Shown: positions 1 through 8,896 of the stretch, piece after piece
Position numbering within the stretch: the first letter of the stretch is position 1
Layout: every line of letters begins with the position of its first letter
Virus record (IMG/VR): IMGVR_UViG_3300044266_000375
Location: 1-36,797 of that record
Source: a virus
Lineage: Duplodnaviria; Caudoviricetes
DNA length: 36,797 nucleotides
Direction: 5' to 3' (one strand)
Translations under genes and position numbers: made by a program
The notes under the pieces: generated by a model
The model's input: the letters and a program-made list of their open reading frames with translations, nothing else
Databases searched by the model: none
What the model was told of the DNA's origin: nothing

Positions 1-1937
1 AGCTGCCGTTGGGCGGGTCGCAGTATTTGAAACTCTGGTACGACGAAAAGAAAAAACGACCCTGTGCCGAGTTCGTCCCGATCGACAACATCTACCTGCC
101 TTTTGCAGCGGCGAACTTCTACACCGCCGAGCGTGCCACCGAAGTTCAAGACATCACGGAAGAGCAGTTCGAATACCGAGTGAGCTCCAAGCTCTACAAA
201 GACATCGAAGTCTACGCCCCTTCCGAAATGCCCGAGGAAAGCAAACCCGAAAAGGCTAACGACAAGATCGAAGGTCGCAACAAAAAAAGCGACAACATCG
301 ACGGCATCCGCCGCGTCTACCACGTGACAACTTGGATGGAGCTCGCAGACGACAAGTTCTCCAAAGCCGAGCGTGCGCCTTACATCCTGATGATCGACGA
401 AAACTCCCGAGACGTTGTCGGACTTTACCGCAACTGGGAGTACGGCGACGAAACCACCACCAAGCTCGACTGGATCATTGAGTTCAAATTCATTCCGTGG
501 CGCGGTGCTTACGCCATCGGGCTGCCACACCTCATCGGCGGGCTGAGTGCTGCGCTGACGGGGGCGTTGCGCGCACTGCTCGACTCAGCGCACATCGCCA
601 CAGCCCCGACGATGCTGAAGTTGAAAGGCGGCAAGATCTCCGGTCAGTCGCAAACGGTCGAGCCCACGCAGGTGACGGAAATTGAAGGCGCTCCGGGCGT
701 GGACGACATTCGCAAAATCGCCATGCCCATGCCGTTCAATCAGCCTTCGCCGGTGCTGCTCCAGCTGCTCGGCTGGCTCACCGAAGCTGCCAAAGGCGTC
801 GTCACCACCTCTGAAGAGAAAATCGCCGACATAACCTCCAACGCACCCGTGGGCACGACGCAAGCGCTGATCGAACAGGGTGCGGCGGTGTTTAGCTCGA
901 TTCACTCGCGGTTGCACGACTCTCAGCGCCGAGTGCTCAAGGTGCTGGCGCGGTTGAATCGTTGGTATTTGGAAGAGCAGCGCAAGAACGAAGTCGTCGA
1001 AGATCTGCAAATCTCCTCGGAGGATTTTGAATCCAACTCGGACATCATTCCCGTTTCCGACCCGCACATCTTCGCAGAAAGCCAGCGCTACGCGCAGATT
1101 CAAACGCTCGCCGCACGCGCTCAAGCCAACCCCGACCTTTACAACCGTATGGCGGTGGAAAAACGGATCCTCAAGCAAATAAAACTCCCCGACATCAACG
1201 AAGTGCTGCCTGATCCGCAGGATGTAAAGGACATGAACCCTGCGCTGGAAAACGTCGCGATGACGCTCGGCAAGCCTGTGGGTGCGTTCCCGATCCAGGA
1301 TCACATGGCGCACCTGCAAGTGCACCTCGACTACGCCAAAGACCCGCTCTACGGCTCCAGCCCGATCATGGCTCCGACCTTTATGCCCGCACTGCTGGAG
1401 CACGTAAAGCAGCACCTCACGCTCTGGTACTTGAACCAAATGGACACCTACACCTCTGCGGCGCTGGACCGTCCGTTCAACGTGCTCAAAGTCGAGCCGA
1501 TCATGCAAGAAGCTCAGCAACTGCTCGCTGCGGTTGGGGCGCACGTGCACCAAGACACCCAATCCCTGCTGCAATCGATTGCGCCGGTGCTGCAGCACGC
1601 GCTCCAAACCGTTCAACAGCTCAAAGGTCAGCAGCCCGTTGCGCCGGAGGTTCAGGCGCTCGTGCAAACGCAGATGGCCGAAACACAGCGCAAAGCCGCC
1701 TACGACCAAGCCGACGTTCAACTCCGTACACAAAAACAACTCTCCGACGATCAAAGCAAGGTCGAAAAGATGAAACTCGACCTAATCATGAACACGGAAG
1801 ACAATTTGACCGAGGAGCGGATCAAGTCCGCCGAGCTAACCAATGACGCCGCACGTTTGCAACATGAGCAAGTGCAAACGGCAATCGAAGCTCAAAACCA
1901 ACTTCAATCCAACTTAGGAGGAACTCCCAATGTCTGA
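1..1937 (+). CDS. Portal protein (podovirus/P22-like), 5' end outside the window
   Basis: Open frame of >640 codons running from the window edge. It contains portal-like segments (FIPWRGAYAIGLPHLIGG, NAPVGTTQALIEQG, IIPVSDP) and a long Gln-rich helical C-terminus. It is the first gene of the head cluster. Confidence 0.85.
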   Translation, partial: LPLGGSQYLKLWYDEKKKRPCAEFVPIDNIYLPFAAANFYTAERATEVQDITEEQFEYRVSSKLYKDIEVYAPSEMPEESKPEKANDKIEGRNKKSDNIDGIRRVYHVTTWMELADDKFSKAERAPYILMIDENSRDVVGLYRNWEYGDETTTKLDWIIEFKFIPWRGAYAIGLPHLIGGLSAALTGALRALLDSAHIATAPTMLKLKGGKISGQSQTVEPTQVTEIEGAPGVDDIRKIAMPMPFNQPSPVLLQLLGWLTEAAKGVVTTSEEKIADITSNAPVGTTQALIEQGAAVFSSIHSRLHDSQRRVLKVLARLNRWYLEEQRKNEVVEDLQISSEDFESNSDIIPVSDPHIFAESQRYAQIQTLAARAQANPDLYNRMAVEKRILKQIKLPDINEVLPDPQDVKDMNPALENVAMTLGKPVGAFPIQDHMAHLQVHLDYAKDPLYGSSPIMAPTFMPALLEHVKQHLTLWYLNQMDTYTSAALDRPFNVLKVEPIMQEAQQLLAAVGAHVHQDTQSLLQSIAPVLQHALQTVQQLKGQQPVAPEVQALVQTQMAETQRKAAYDQADVQLRTQKQLSDDQSKVEKMKLDLIMNTEDNLTEERIKSAELTNDAARLQHEQVQTAIEAQNQLQSNLGGTPNV

Positions 1938-2214
1938 AGCCATCAACATGCACAAGCGTATCGCGATGGGCGAACCCAACGCCGAAACGCACCTCAAAAA
2001 AGGCGGCAAGGTGCGTAAATACGCCAGCGGCGGCGCTGTCGCCGAGTCCAAAGCCGCCAATCTCCCTGCAAGGGGAGATCGGCGCAATGCGGGCGTTGAT
2101 TTCAACGCTGGCAAGGCCAAAGTCGCCACGATGAAACGTGGCGGCTCAGCCAAAAAACCCGGACTAATGATCGCAATTGCGGTCGGCAGGAAAGGTGCAG
2201 CACGGAGTCGTTGA
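1930..2214 (+). CDS. Small basic protein with KxGG motifs
   Basis: AGGAGG Shine-Dalgarno upstream; overlaps the portal stop; contains LKKGGKV, YASGGAV and MKRGGSA. Confidence 0.75.
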   Translation: MSEAINMHKRIAMGEPNAETHLKKGGKVRKYASGGAVAESKAANLPARGDRRNAGVDFNAGKAKVATMKRGGSAKKPGLMIAIAVGRKGAARSR

Positions 2215-2402
2215 TGCTAACCACAAGCGACTTCATCTCCGGAGTCAAGCGGCGACAAGCTGAAATTGTAGAATCACTGGCGGCTGGTGTTTGTGTCAAT
2301 TTCGAGAGCTATCAACGCTTGGTCGGGCAATACCAAGGATTGCAAGAATCTTTGGACATTATGAATAATTTACTCGAAGAGGAAAGAAAAGATGTCGAAT
2401 GA
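2214..2402 (+). CDS. Small hypothetical phage protein (helical)
   Basis: ATG overlaps the upstream TGA (TGATG) and the 3' end overlaps groES. The ESYQRLVGQYQGL pattern resembles small ORFs between portal and GroES in such phages. Confidence 0.7.
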   Translation: MLTTSDFISGVKRRQAEIVESLAAGVCVNFESYQRLVGQYQGLQESLDIMNNLLEEERKDVE

Positions 2403-2814
2403 TATCGAGCAGACGCTGGACGAAGCGTTTCCCAAAATTGACCCGCTCATGGCGCCTTACGGCGGCAGGGTTTTGGTGCAATTGCGGGCTGTGAAAGAGA
2501 AAGTCACCTCAGCTGGGATTTTTATCCCCGAGGAGACCAAAGAAACCGAAAAGTGGAACACGATGATTGGGAAAGTGATCGCAATTGGACCACTGGCTTT
2601 CAAAAATCGTGAAACAATGGCCAGCTGGCCAGAGGGTGCATGGGCAAACGTGGGCGACTACGTGCGCGTGCCCAAATGGGGCGGTGACCGTTGGGAGATT
2701 GATTTCACAGACGATCAGGGCGCAAAAGGTCGCGCACTGTTCACTTTCTTTAACGATCATGAACTCATAGGAAAAGTCACCGGCGACCCGCGTGAAATAA
2801 AAGCATTCATCTAA
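2392..2814 (+). CDS. groES: GroES/Cpn10-like co-chaperonin
   Basis: PYGGRVLVQ, mobile-loop-like EKVTSAGIFIP, GKVIAIGP, VGDYV and FNDHELIGKV follow the Cpn10 pattern. Confidence 0.85.
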   Translation: MSNDIEQTLDEAFPKIDPLMAPYGGRVLVQLRAVKEKVTSAGIFIPEETKETEKWNTMIGKVIAIGPLAFKNRETMASWPEGAWANVGDYVRVPKWGGDRWEIDFTDDQGAKGRALFTFFNDHELIGKVTGDPREIKAFI

Positions 2815-2834
2815 AGTTTTGAAAGGAAACTGAT

Positions 2835-3836
2835 ATGAATTCGACCGAAAAAGCGGCTATGCAAGTGGACGAGCTCGAAGACGGCGGCGCAGCAGTGCTG
2901 CTGCCCGAGGGCGAGGAAAATCCGCAAGCTGCCGAGCAAGAAACTGAAAAACCCAGCACGAACAGTGCGCAGAGTCGTGATGAAGATGACGACGATGAAC
3001 AGGTTGCTCAGGAAGAGGAAGTCGACGAGGATCGAGAAGCCATTCGCGCTGCTCGTCGAGAAGAGCGCAAGCTCAAAAAACAGATCCATCGCGAAAAAGC
3101 GAAGGAATCCAACTACCTTATCAATGCCCTGAAAAAGCAGAATCAAGAACTTTCTGAACGACTCGCTGCGGTCGAGCGCACCACCTCCGGTGCGGAGCTC
3201 GCTCGGGTGGACAAAGCCATCGAAGACGCTGGCGTTCAGGTTGAGTATGCGAAGATGAAAATGAAGGACGCCGTTTCCAATGGAGACGGGGAGTCGTTGA
3301 CGCGGGCTCAAGAGATGTGGTATGAATCCAAGCGCAAGCTTGAATCGCTGGAGACGATCAAGAAAAACGCCACCAAACAAATCACCGAGCCGAAACAAAA
3401 CATCACAGGGCCAGACCCTGTGGTTCAGCGGATGGCTTCGGAGTGGATGGCGGCTAACCCCTGGTACGACCCCAACGGCAGGAACGAAGAGTCGCAGATC
3501 GCCAAGTTGCTCGATCAGCGCCTTCATGAAGAAGGATTCGACGCCAGCTCACCCGAGTACTGGGAAGAGCTGGATTCACGCATTCAAAAATACTTGCCTG
3601 CAAAATCTTCCAGCGGTTATAATCAGTCCAATGTTCAACAAAGACGACCTCCAAGATCTGTTATGACGAGCTCTGGCAAAGAAACGACCGCGACCACCAA
3701 AGCGAACGAATTTCGCTTGAGTCCGGCTCGTGTTGCCGCGATGAAAGAAGCAGGGCTGTGGGACAATCCCACTGCTCGTCAAAACGCCATTCAGAAATAC
3801 GCTGAATGGGATCGTCAACAAAAGAATCGAGGTTAG
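2835..3836 (+). CDS. Probable capsid scaffolding protein
   Basis: Acidic disordered N-terminus, long coiled coil, W..NPW motif and short basic C-terminal helix; located upstream of the capsid genes; AAGGAA Shine-Dalgarno. Confidence 0.6.
   Translation: MNSTEKAAMQVDELEDGGAAVLLPEGEENPQAAEQETEKPSTNSAQSRDEDDDDEQVAQEEEVDEDREAIRAARREERKLKKQIHREKAKESNYLINALKKQNQELSERLAAVERTTSGAELARVDKAIEDAGVQVEYAKMKMKDAVSNGDGESLTRAQEMWYESKRKLESLETIKKNATKQITEPKQNITGPDPVVQRMASEWMAANPWYDPNGRNEESQIAKLLDQRLHEEGFDASSPEYWEELDSRIQKYLPAKSSSGYNQSNVQQRRPPRSVMTSSGKETTATTKANEFRLSPARVAAMKEAGLWDNPTARQNAIQKYAEWDRQQKNRG
3594..3623 (+). promoter_or_regulatory. Possible sigma70-type promoter upstream of the capsid gene cluster
   Basis: TTGCCT (3594-3599), an 18-bp spacer and a perfect TATAAT (3618-3623), inside the scaffold gene. 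Confidence 0.35.
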
Positions 3837-3838
3837 TC

Positions 3839-4378
3839 ATGGACAATCGTTTGAAAAAGAATCTGAGTGCTGGCGGGCGTGAGAACCGTGGCGCAACTGT
3901 TGACAAGTCGCGCGCAGCACCTGAGGATGGTTTTGTTTCATCCGAGGAGCGTCGTAGGATGTTCCGCTCGGAGTGGCTCCAAGAAGCGCTTCCGACCCCG
4001 CCAGAAATTCCTGGCTTCCACTTGTGCTGGTTATCAACAACCAACCAATACGACCCAATCCACAAACGTCTGCGCATGGGCTACACCCCTGTGAAAGCTG
4101 AGGAGCTTCCTGGCTTTGAAAACTTTAGGGTGAAAGCTGGCGAGCACGAGGGTTTTGTTGCATGCAACGAGATGGTTCTCTACAAGATGCCTGAAGAAGT
4201 TTATCAGGACATCATGACCGAGATGCATCACAATGCTCCCCTTGACGAGCAGGAAAAGATCAAGGTGCAGCAAGACCAACTCCTCAATGCAAAAGACAGT
4301 GGTGGCAAACGTCTCGGACAGGTTGAAGGTGACGGCATGAATTTTGACCAAACTGTCCCAGTTCCTGTTTTCGAATAG
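3839..4378 (+). CDS. Conserved head-region hypothetical protein
   Basis: ATG at 3839, 2 nt after the scaffold stop and preceded by GAGG. The LPTPPEIPGFHLCWL...GYTPV pattern is typical of the gene preceding capsid genes in this phage type. Confidence 0.7.
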   Translation: MDNRLKKNLSAGGRENRGATVDKSRAAPEDGFVSSEERRRMFRSEWLQEALPTPPEIPGFHLCWLSTTNQYDPIHKRLRMGYTPVKAEELPGFENFRVKAGEHEGFVACNEMVLYKMPEEVYQDIMTEMHHNAPLDEQEKIKVQQDQLLNAKDSGGKRLGQVEGDGMNFDQTVPVPVFE

Positions 4379-4404
4379 GGCTGCGGGCTAACAAGGAGTT
4401 AAAA

Positions 4405-4995
4405 ATGTCTGCATCCAATGCTCCGTTTGGTTTGCGCCCAGCATTCTTCCCAACTGGGTTGGAACGTGCTCAAGCAATCACCAACGGAATCACTTCGGGC
4501 TACAGCTCGAACATCCTGAAAGGTCAGCCGGTTGTTTACGGCACGACTGCTAACGGTGGCACTCTCGGAACCGTTATTCCCGCCGCTGCAACCGGTGCCG
4601 TGACGGGCGCTTTTGCCGGCGTGGAGTTCACCGACACCACCGGTCGTCGTCGTGTTTCGAACTACTGGCCGGCAAGCACCACTGGTACCAACATCATTGC
4701 GTATTTCTACAACGACCTCAACATCGTTTACGAAATCCAAAGCGATGCCACCATGGCGCAAACGTCGATCGGTAACGAGTACAACTTCAGCAACATCACT
4801 GCTGGTTCCACCACCACTGGTTTGTCGGCTTGCACCTTGGGTGTTTCGACTGCCGCTGGTAACGGCAACCAAGCTCAGATGCGTGTTATTGATATTGCAC
4901 CGTATCCTGACAACAACTGGGGGGACGCATACGTCATTGTTCGTGTCCAATTGGCTAGCACGCAATTCTACGGTGCTTACACCGCGATTGCATAA
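4405..4995 (+). CDS. Probable capsid decoration/minor head protein
   Basis: Strong AAGGAG Shine-Dalgarno; N-terminal NAPFGLRP; beta-rich T/G/A composition; immediately upstream of the major capsid protein. Confidence 0.6.
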   Translation: MSASNAPFGLRPAFFPTGLERAQAITNGITSGYSSNILKGQPVVYGTTANGGTLGTVIPAAATGAVTGAFAGVEFTDTTGRRRVSNYWPASTTGTNIIAYFYNDLNIVYEIQSDATMAQTSIGNEYNFSNITAGSTTTGLSACTLGVSTAAGNGNQAQMRVIDIAPYPDNNWGDAYVIVRVQLASTQFYGAYTAIA

Positions 4996-5011
4996 CAAAG
5001 GAGACTGACAA

Positions 5012-5926
5012 ATGGCAGCCCCAATGAGAAGTACAGATTTCCGTTCGATCGTTGAGCCGATCCTCAACGAAGCATTCGACGGAGTCTACGATCAGCGCGC
5101 AGACGAATGGGAAACCGTTTTCCGCGAACAAGCTGGTATCCCCCGCAACTACCACGAAGAGCCCGTGCTCTACGGTTTCGGTGCCGCTCCGCAATTGCCG
5201 GACGGTGCACCGGTTTCGTATCAGCAAGGCGGCGTGCTGTTCCTTCAGCGCTACGTTTACCAAGTGTTCGGCTTGGCATTCGCCCTGACCAAAGTGTTGG
5301 TCGAGGACGGAGACCACATCCGCATTGGTCAAGTGTACGCAAAACACCTCGCCCAGTCTCTGGTCGAGACCAAGGAACTGCTCTGCGCTAACGTGCTCAA
5401 CCGTGCGTTCAACAGCTCTTACGCGGGCGGTGACGGTGTGCAGTTGAACTCTTCTGCCCACCCGATTGTCAGCGGCACCACGAGCAACCTGCTCACCACC
5501 GCTGCAAACCTGTCGCAGACCTCGCTGGAGCAAATGCTGATCCAGGTTCGTCAAGCCGTTGACAACAACGGTAAGAAGATCCGCCTTCAGCCGCTCAAAC
5601 TGGTTGTTGCTCCGGGCAATGTGTTCCAAGCCGAAGTGCTGCTGAAGAGTGTGCTGCGTGCCGGTACCGCCAACAACGACATCAACCCGATCAAGTCGAT
5701 CGGGCTGTTGCCGGAAGGCGCTTCCGTTATCAGCCGTCTCACCTCCGCCACCAACTGGTGGGTGCAGACCGACGCTCCCGAGGGCATGAAGCTCTTGATG
5801 CGCCGTGCTTTGGAAAAAACCATGGAAGGTGATTTCGAAACCGACTCCATGCGTTACAAAGCCACCGAGCGTTATCAGGTGGGCTGGACCGACTGGCGTT
5901 CCATGTACGGAACTCCTGGCGTTTGA
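5012..5926 (+). CDS. Major capsid protein (HK97 fold)
   Basis: 304 aa; AAGGAG Shine-Dalgarno; capsid-like segments (IVEPILNEAF, GFGAAP, GGDGVQL...HP, P.KLVVAP, EGDFETDSMRYKATERY..GWTDWR.MYG); followed by a terminator. Confidence 0.85.
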   Translation: MAAPMRSTDFRSIVEPILNEAFDGVYDQRADEWETVFREQAGIPRNYHEEPVLYGFGAAPQLPDGAPVSYQQGGVLFLQRYVYQVFGLAFALTKVLVEDGDHIRIGQVYAKHLAQSLVETKELLCANVLNRAFNSSYAGGDGVQLNSSAHPIVSGTTSNLLTTAANLSQTSLEQMLIQVRQAVDNNGKKIRLQPLKLVVAPGNVFQAEVLLKSVLRAGTANNDINPIKSIGLLPEGASVISRLTSATNWWVQTDAPEGMKLLMRRALEKTMEGDFETDSMRYKATERYQVGWTDWRSMYGTPGV

Positions 5927-5935
5927 TGTTACGAT

Positions 5936-5965
5936 GGGGTCGGGTTAACAGCCTGACCCCTTTTT
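5936..5965 (+). terminator. Rho-independent terminator after the major capsid gene
   Basis: GGGGTCGGGTT-aac-AGCCTGACCCC hairpin (two G-U pairs) followed by TTTTT. Confidence 0.85.
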
Positions 5966-6004
5966 CAGTGTTTTATTTGTCTATGCTTTTCAAGGAGAAA
6001 GACA

Positions 6005-6979
6005 ATGCCTCAGTTTTCTGATGATCTGTTTCTTGGTCCCGCCCAAACTTACATGGGCGTGGGCAATCGCCCCTACACTTCCACCGTCACCGGCGGAACG
6101 GGCAGTGTTTCCTCAACCACGCTCACAGTCACCGCGCTGAACCAAGGTTCGCCGATCGTCGTGGGCATGTACGTCGACGGCACCAGCGTCACCGATGGCA
6201 CCTACATCACCGCTTTCGGCACCGGCACCGGCGGCACCGGCACCTACACCCTCAACCAAGCCATCAACATCGCCAACACCACTGCGTTGACGCTGCATGG
6301 CAACATCCCTTTCGACGACCCTGCCCCGATGGATCTGGGCGTTGGTCCGTTGGGACGCATTTACGTTTGGGACGTTATCCCGCAAGCTGCCGTTACGAAC
6401 AACGTCTGCGCTTCGCAAACGGCAACCGGCGCTCAAGCGCTCACGCTCACCGCTGGCACTTCGGTGAAGTCGGTGGTTAACACCGCTGGCGCAACCGTGC
6501 TGCAGCTGGACCTTCCCCGTGCAATGAAAGTCAACTGCGCGACCACCGCCCGTGCATTCACCATTTCTGGCTACGACTACTACGGTCAAGCCATGAGCGA
6601 AGTGATCACAGTGGCTGTTGCTGGCACGGCTGTTACGGGCAAAAAAGCCTTTTTCCAGATCTCCAGCGTTAGCATCGCTGGCTCGGCGACTGCTTGTGTC
6701 GTGGGCACGAGCGATGTGTTGGGCTTGCCGGTGCGTGTGTTCAATGTGGCTTACATCGCCAGCGTGAAAAGCAACAACACGCTCGCTCAAGACGCGGGCA
6801 CGTTCGTCGCTGCTGACACCGCCACTGCCACCACTACCACTGGTGATGTGCGTGGAACCTACACCCCCGCCACTGCCTCTGACGGTATTGTCCGTACGGT
6901 GATGGGCATCCTGCTGCCGGCGATTGCCGTTGGACCGAACGCAACTCGCGTCGGTGCACTCGGCGTGACCCAAGCCTAA
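6005..6979 (+). CDS. Virion structural protein (possible head fibre/decoration)
   Basis: AAGGAG Shine-Dalgarno; T/G/A/V-rich beta composition; contains an SSTTLTVTA...GTGGTGTYTLN module common in phage structural proteins. Confidence 0.6.
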   Translation: MPQFSDDLFLGPAQTYMGVGNRPYTSTVTGGTGSVSSTTLTVTALNQGSPIVVGMYVDGTSVTDGTYITAFGTGTGGTGTYTLNQAINIANTTALTLHGNIPFDDPAPMDLGVGPLGRIYVWDVIPQAAVTNNVCASQTATGAQALTLTAGTSVKSVVNTAGATVLQLDLPRAMKVNCATTARAFTISGYDYYGQAMSEVITVAVAGTAVTGKKAFFQISSVSIAGSATACVVGTSDVLGLPVRVFNVAYIASVKSNNTLAQDAGTFVAADTATATTTTGDVRGTYTPATASDGIVRTVMGILLPAIAVGPNATRVGALGVTQA

Positions 6980-6991
6980 CCTAGGAGACTG

Positions 6992-7837
6992 ATGATGGCG
7001 ACCAAGAAATTTATGCGTGAGCCCAAAATGGCCACAACCGAGCCTTCTGTCGACGAGGTTGGCCATGGGATGAAACGTGGCGGTCACGCTAAGAAGTCCA
7101 AAATGGCGATGGGCGGCGCACCGATGATGGCTGCGGTGCAGCCTCGTCGCCGTATGGCTATGGCTCCCGCCATGCCTCGCGGCGCAGTTATGATGCGCAA
7201 AAAAGGCGGCGAAGTCGAGTCTCCCAAGCAGCACAAAGCCGAGATGAAAGAGTTGCACAAGGTCGAAAAAGAGCTCAAGCACCACGAAGGGATGAAAGCC
7301 TCCAAAGCTCATCAAGGGCTGAAAAACGGCGGCGCTCCCAAGGCTGGTCCTGCTGTTATGGGTGGTTTGGCTGGTGGGCTGGAAGCAACCCGCCCCGACA
7401 CCAAACGCATGACCGGCGGCGTGCGCTCTCCTGGCTATAAAAAAGGCGGTCAAGCACTTGCTGCGGAGATGGATCGTTTCGAAACCAAAACCACGCTCAA
7501 GCCCAAGCTCGACTTGGCTGACAAAGTGCACGAAGCCAAGCAAACCAAAAGCTTCAGCACCAAGACAGGTGGCGTTTCCGACACCGTTGCAGGTGGCAAA
7601 GCTGCTGGCTATAAACGCGGCGGCGGTCTGAAAAAGTATGCCAAAGGTGGCATGGCTCTTGCCAAGCACTACACCACTCACATCAATGACGCTTCCAAGC
7701 CTCACGCTGTGAAAGGCAAAACTGGTCAGATAAAACAAGCCCCTGCTGGTTACAAGCACGGCGGTCACGTTGAGTCCTCTGCCAAAGGTGAGCACGGCTT
7801 CACGCACATGAAGAAAATGTGCAAAGGCGGCTATTAA
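6992..7837 (+). CDS. Lys/Met/Gly-rich protein with about 10 KxGG-type repeats
   Basis: AGGAG Shine-Dalgarno; repeats include MKRGG, RKKGG, LKNGG, YKKGG, YKRGG, YAKGG, YKHGG and MCKGG. Confidence 0.75.
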   Translation: MMATKKFMREPKMATTEPSVDEVGHGMKRGGHAKKSKMAMGGAPMMAAVQPRRRMAMAPAMPRGAVMMRKKGGEVESPKQHKAEMKELHKVEKELKHHEGMKASKAHQGLKNGGAPKAGPAVMGGLAGGLEATRPDTKRMTGGVRSPGYKKGGQALAAEMDRFETKTTLKPKLDLADKVHEAKQTKSFSTKTGGVSDTVAGGKAAGYKRGGGLKKYAKGGMALAKHYTTHINDASKPHAVKGKTGQIKQAPAGYKHGGHVESSAKGEHGFTHMKKMCKGGY

Positions 7838-7839
7838 TC

Positions 7840-7870
7840 GGTTGGGCAGGGGAAGCCCTGCCCGCCTTTT
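7840..7870 (+). terminator. Rho-independent terminator
   Basis: GGGCAGGG-gaag-CCCTGCCC core hairpin followed by GCCTTTT, directly after the 7837 stop. Confidence 0.75.
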
Positions 7871-7887
7871 GACTTTGGAGAGACGAT

Positions 7888-8322
7888 ATGGCGATCACCA
7901 CAAACTCACAAACACTTTTCGATGGCGAACGAGTCGCTGTCATGAAGTTTTACTTCAGCACGACTGACACGGGTGGCGAAACCAACGCTGTGAAAGTCAA
8001 CCCCGCCTCTCTTCTCGCTTCGGCTTCGGGCTGCGCTTGCGATGCGGTGAGCATTCTGAAAGTGCACGCTCTTACGCACGGTCTGGAAGTGCAGATGAAC
8101 TGGGACGCCACCACACCTCTGGCGATTGAAACTATCCCGCAGAACTCGCAATACTCGATGGACTATTCTTCTTTCGGCGGACTTACGAACAATGCTGGTG
8201 CAGGCAAAACGGGTAAAATCGTTTTCACCACCATCGACCAAAGCGCTGGTGACTCTTACACCATCACGCTCGAAATGCAGAAACACTACGTCAACCCGTA
8301 CCAGACTCAGTCGAACCCCTGA
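7888..8322 (+). CDS. Hypothetical virion-associated beta-sandwich protein
   Basis: GGAG Shine-Dalgarno; beta-rich 144 aa ending [12 protein letters not shown]. Confidence 0.65.
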   Translation: MAITTNSQTLFDGERVAVMKFYFSTTDTGGETNAVKVNPASLLASASGCACDAVSILKVHALTHGLEVQMNWDATTPLAIETIPQNSQYSMDYSSFGGLTNNAGAGKTGKIVFTTIDQSAGDSYTITLEMQKHYVNPYQTQSNP

Positions 8323-8324
8323 TC

Positions 8325-8483
8325 ATGCCGCTCATAAAAAGCAAATCTGAGAAAGCGTTCAAAAAGAACATCGCCACGGAAATAAAAGCTGGCAAACCGC
8401 AAAAGCAAGCTGTGGCGATCGCTTACGCAACCAAACGCGCCGCAAAAAAACGCTCTGGCGGCGCTGCCAAAAAGAACTACTAA
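8325..8483 (+). CDS. Small basic phage protein, 52 aa (absent from the ORF track)
   Basis: Translated by hand: [52 protein letters not shown]. It fills the gap between 8322 and 8485, and the [10 protein letters not shown] pattern is a recurrent phage small-protein motif. Confidence 0.75.
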   Translation: MPLIKSKSEKAFKKNIATEIKAGKPQKQAVAIAYATKRAAKKRSGGAAKKNY

Positions 8484-8484
8484 C

Positions 8485-8895
8485 ATGAGCAAACCTGGTC
8501 TTTACGCAAACATCCACGCCAAGCAGGAACGCATAAAGCACGGCTCTGGCGAGCGCATGCGGAAGGTCGGTAGCAAAGGTGCACCCACAGCTCAAGCGTT
8601 CAAAGACGCTGCAAAAACAGCCAAACGCTCTGGCGGTGGAGTATCATTGTCAGTAGGACGCGGAGAAAAACTCTCAACTGAGCAAGGTGCAGGGCTCACC
8701 GCCAAAGGCAGAGCCAAAGCGAACAGAGCGACGGGAAGTCACTTAAAAGCGCCAGCACCTCACCCGAAAACAGAGAAAGATCAAGGTCGCAAAAAGTCAT
8801 TCTGTGCTAGAATGAGCGGTGTCGTTAAACAATCCAAGGGCGAAGCGCCTCGTGCAAAAGCTTCGCTCAGACGATGGAACTGCCCAGGATGGTAA
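8485..8895 (+). CDS. Basic hypothetical phage protein
   Basis: KPGLYANIHAK N-terminus and RKKSFCARM...SLRRWNC C-terminus, both recurrent in aquatic phage proteins. Confidence 0.7.
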   Translation: MSKPGLYANIHAKQERIKHGSGERMRKVGSKGAPTAQAFKDAAKTAKRSGGGVSLSVGRGEKLSTEQGAGLTAKGRAKANRATGSHLKAPAPHPKTEKDQGRKKSFCARMSGVVKQSKGEAPRAKASLRRWNCPGW

Positions 8896-8896
8896 G

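Noticed and set aside
6113-7807. 564-aa minus-strand ORF (also 585-1754, 8990-9886 and similar)
   Set aside because: These are antisense shadows of well-supported + strand genes with biased codon usage; they have no recognisable motifs.
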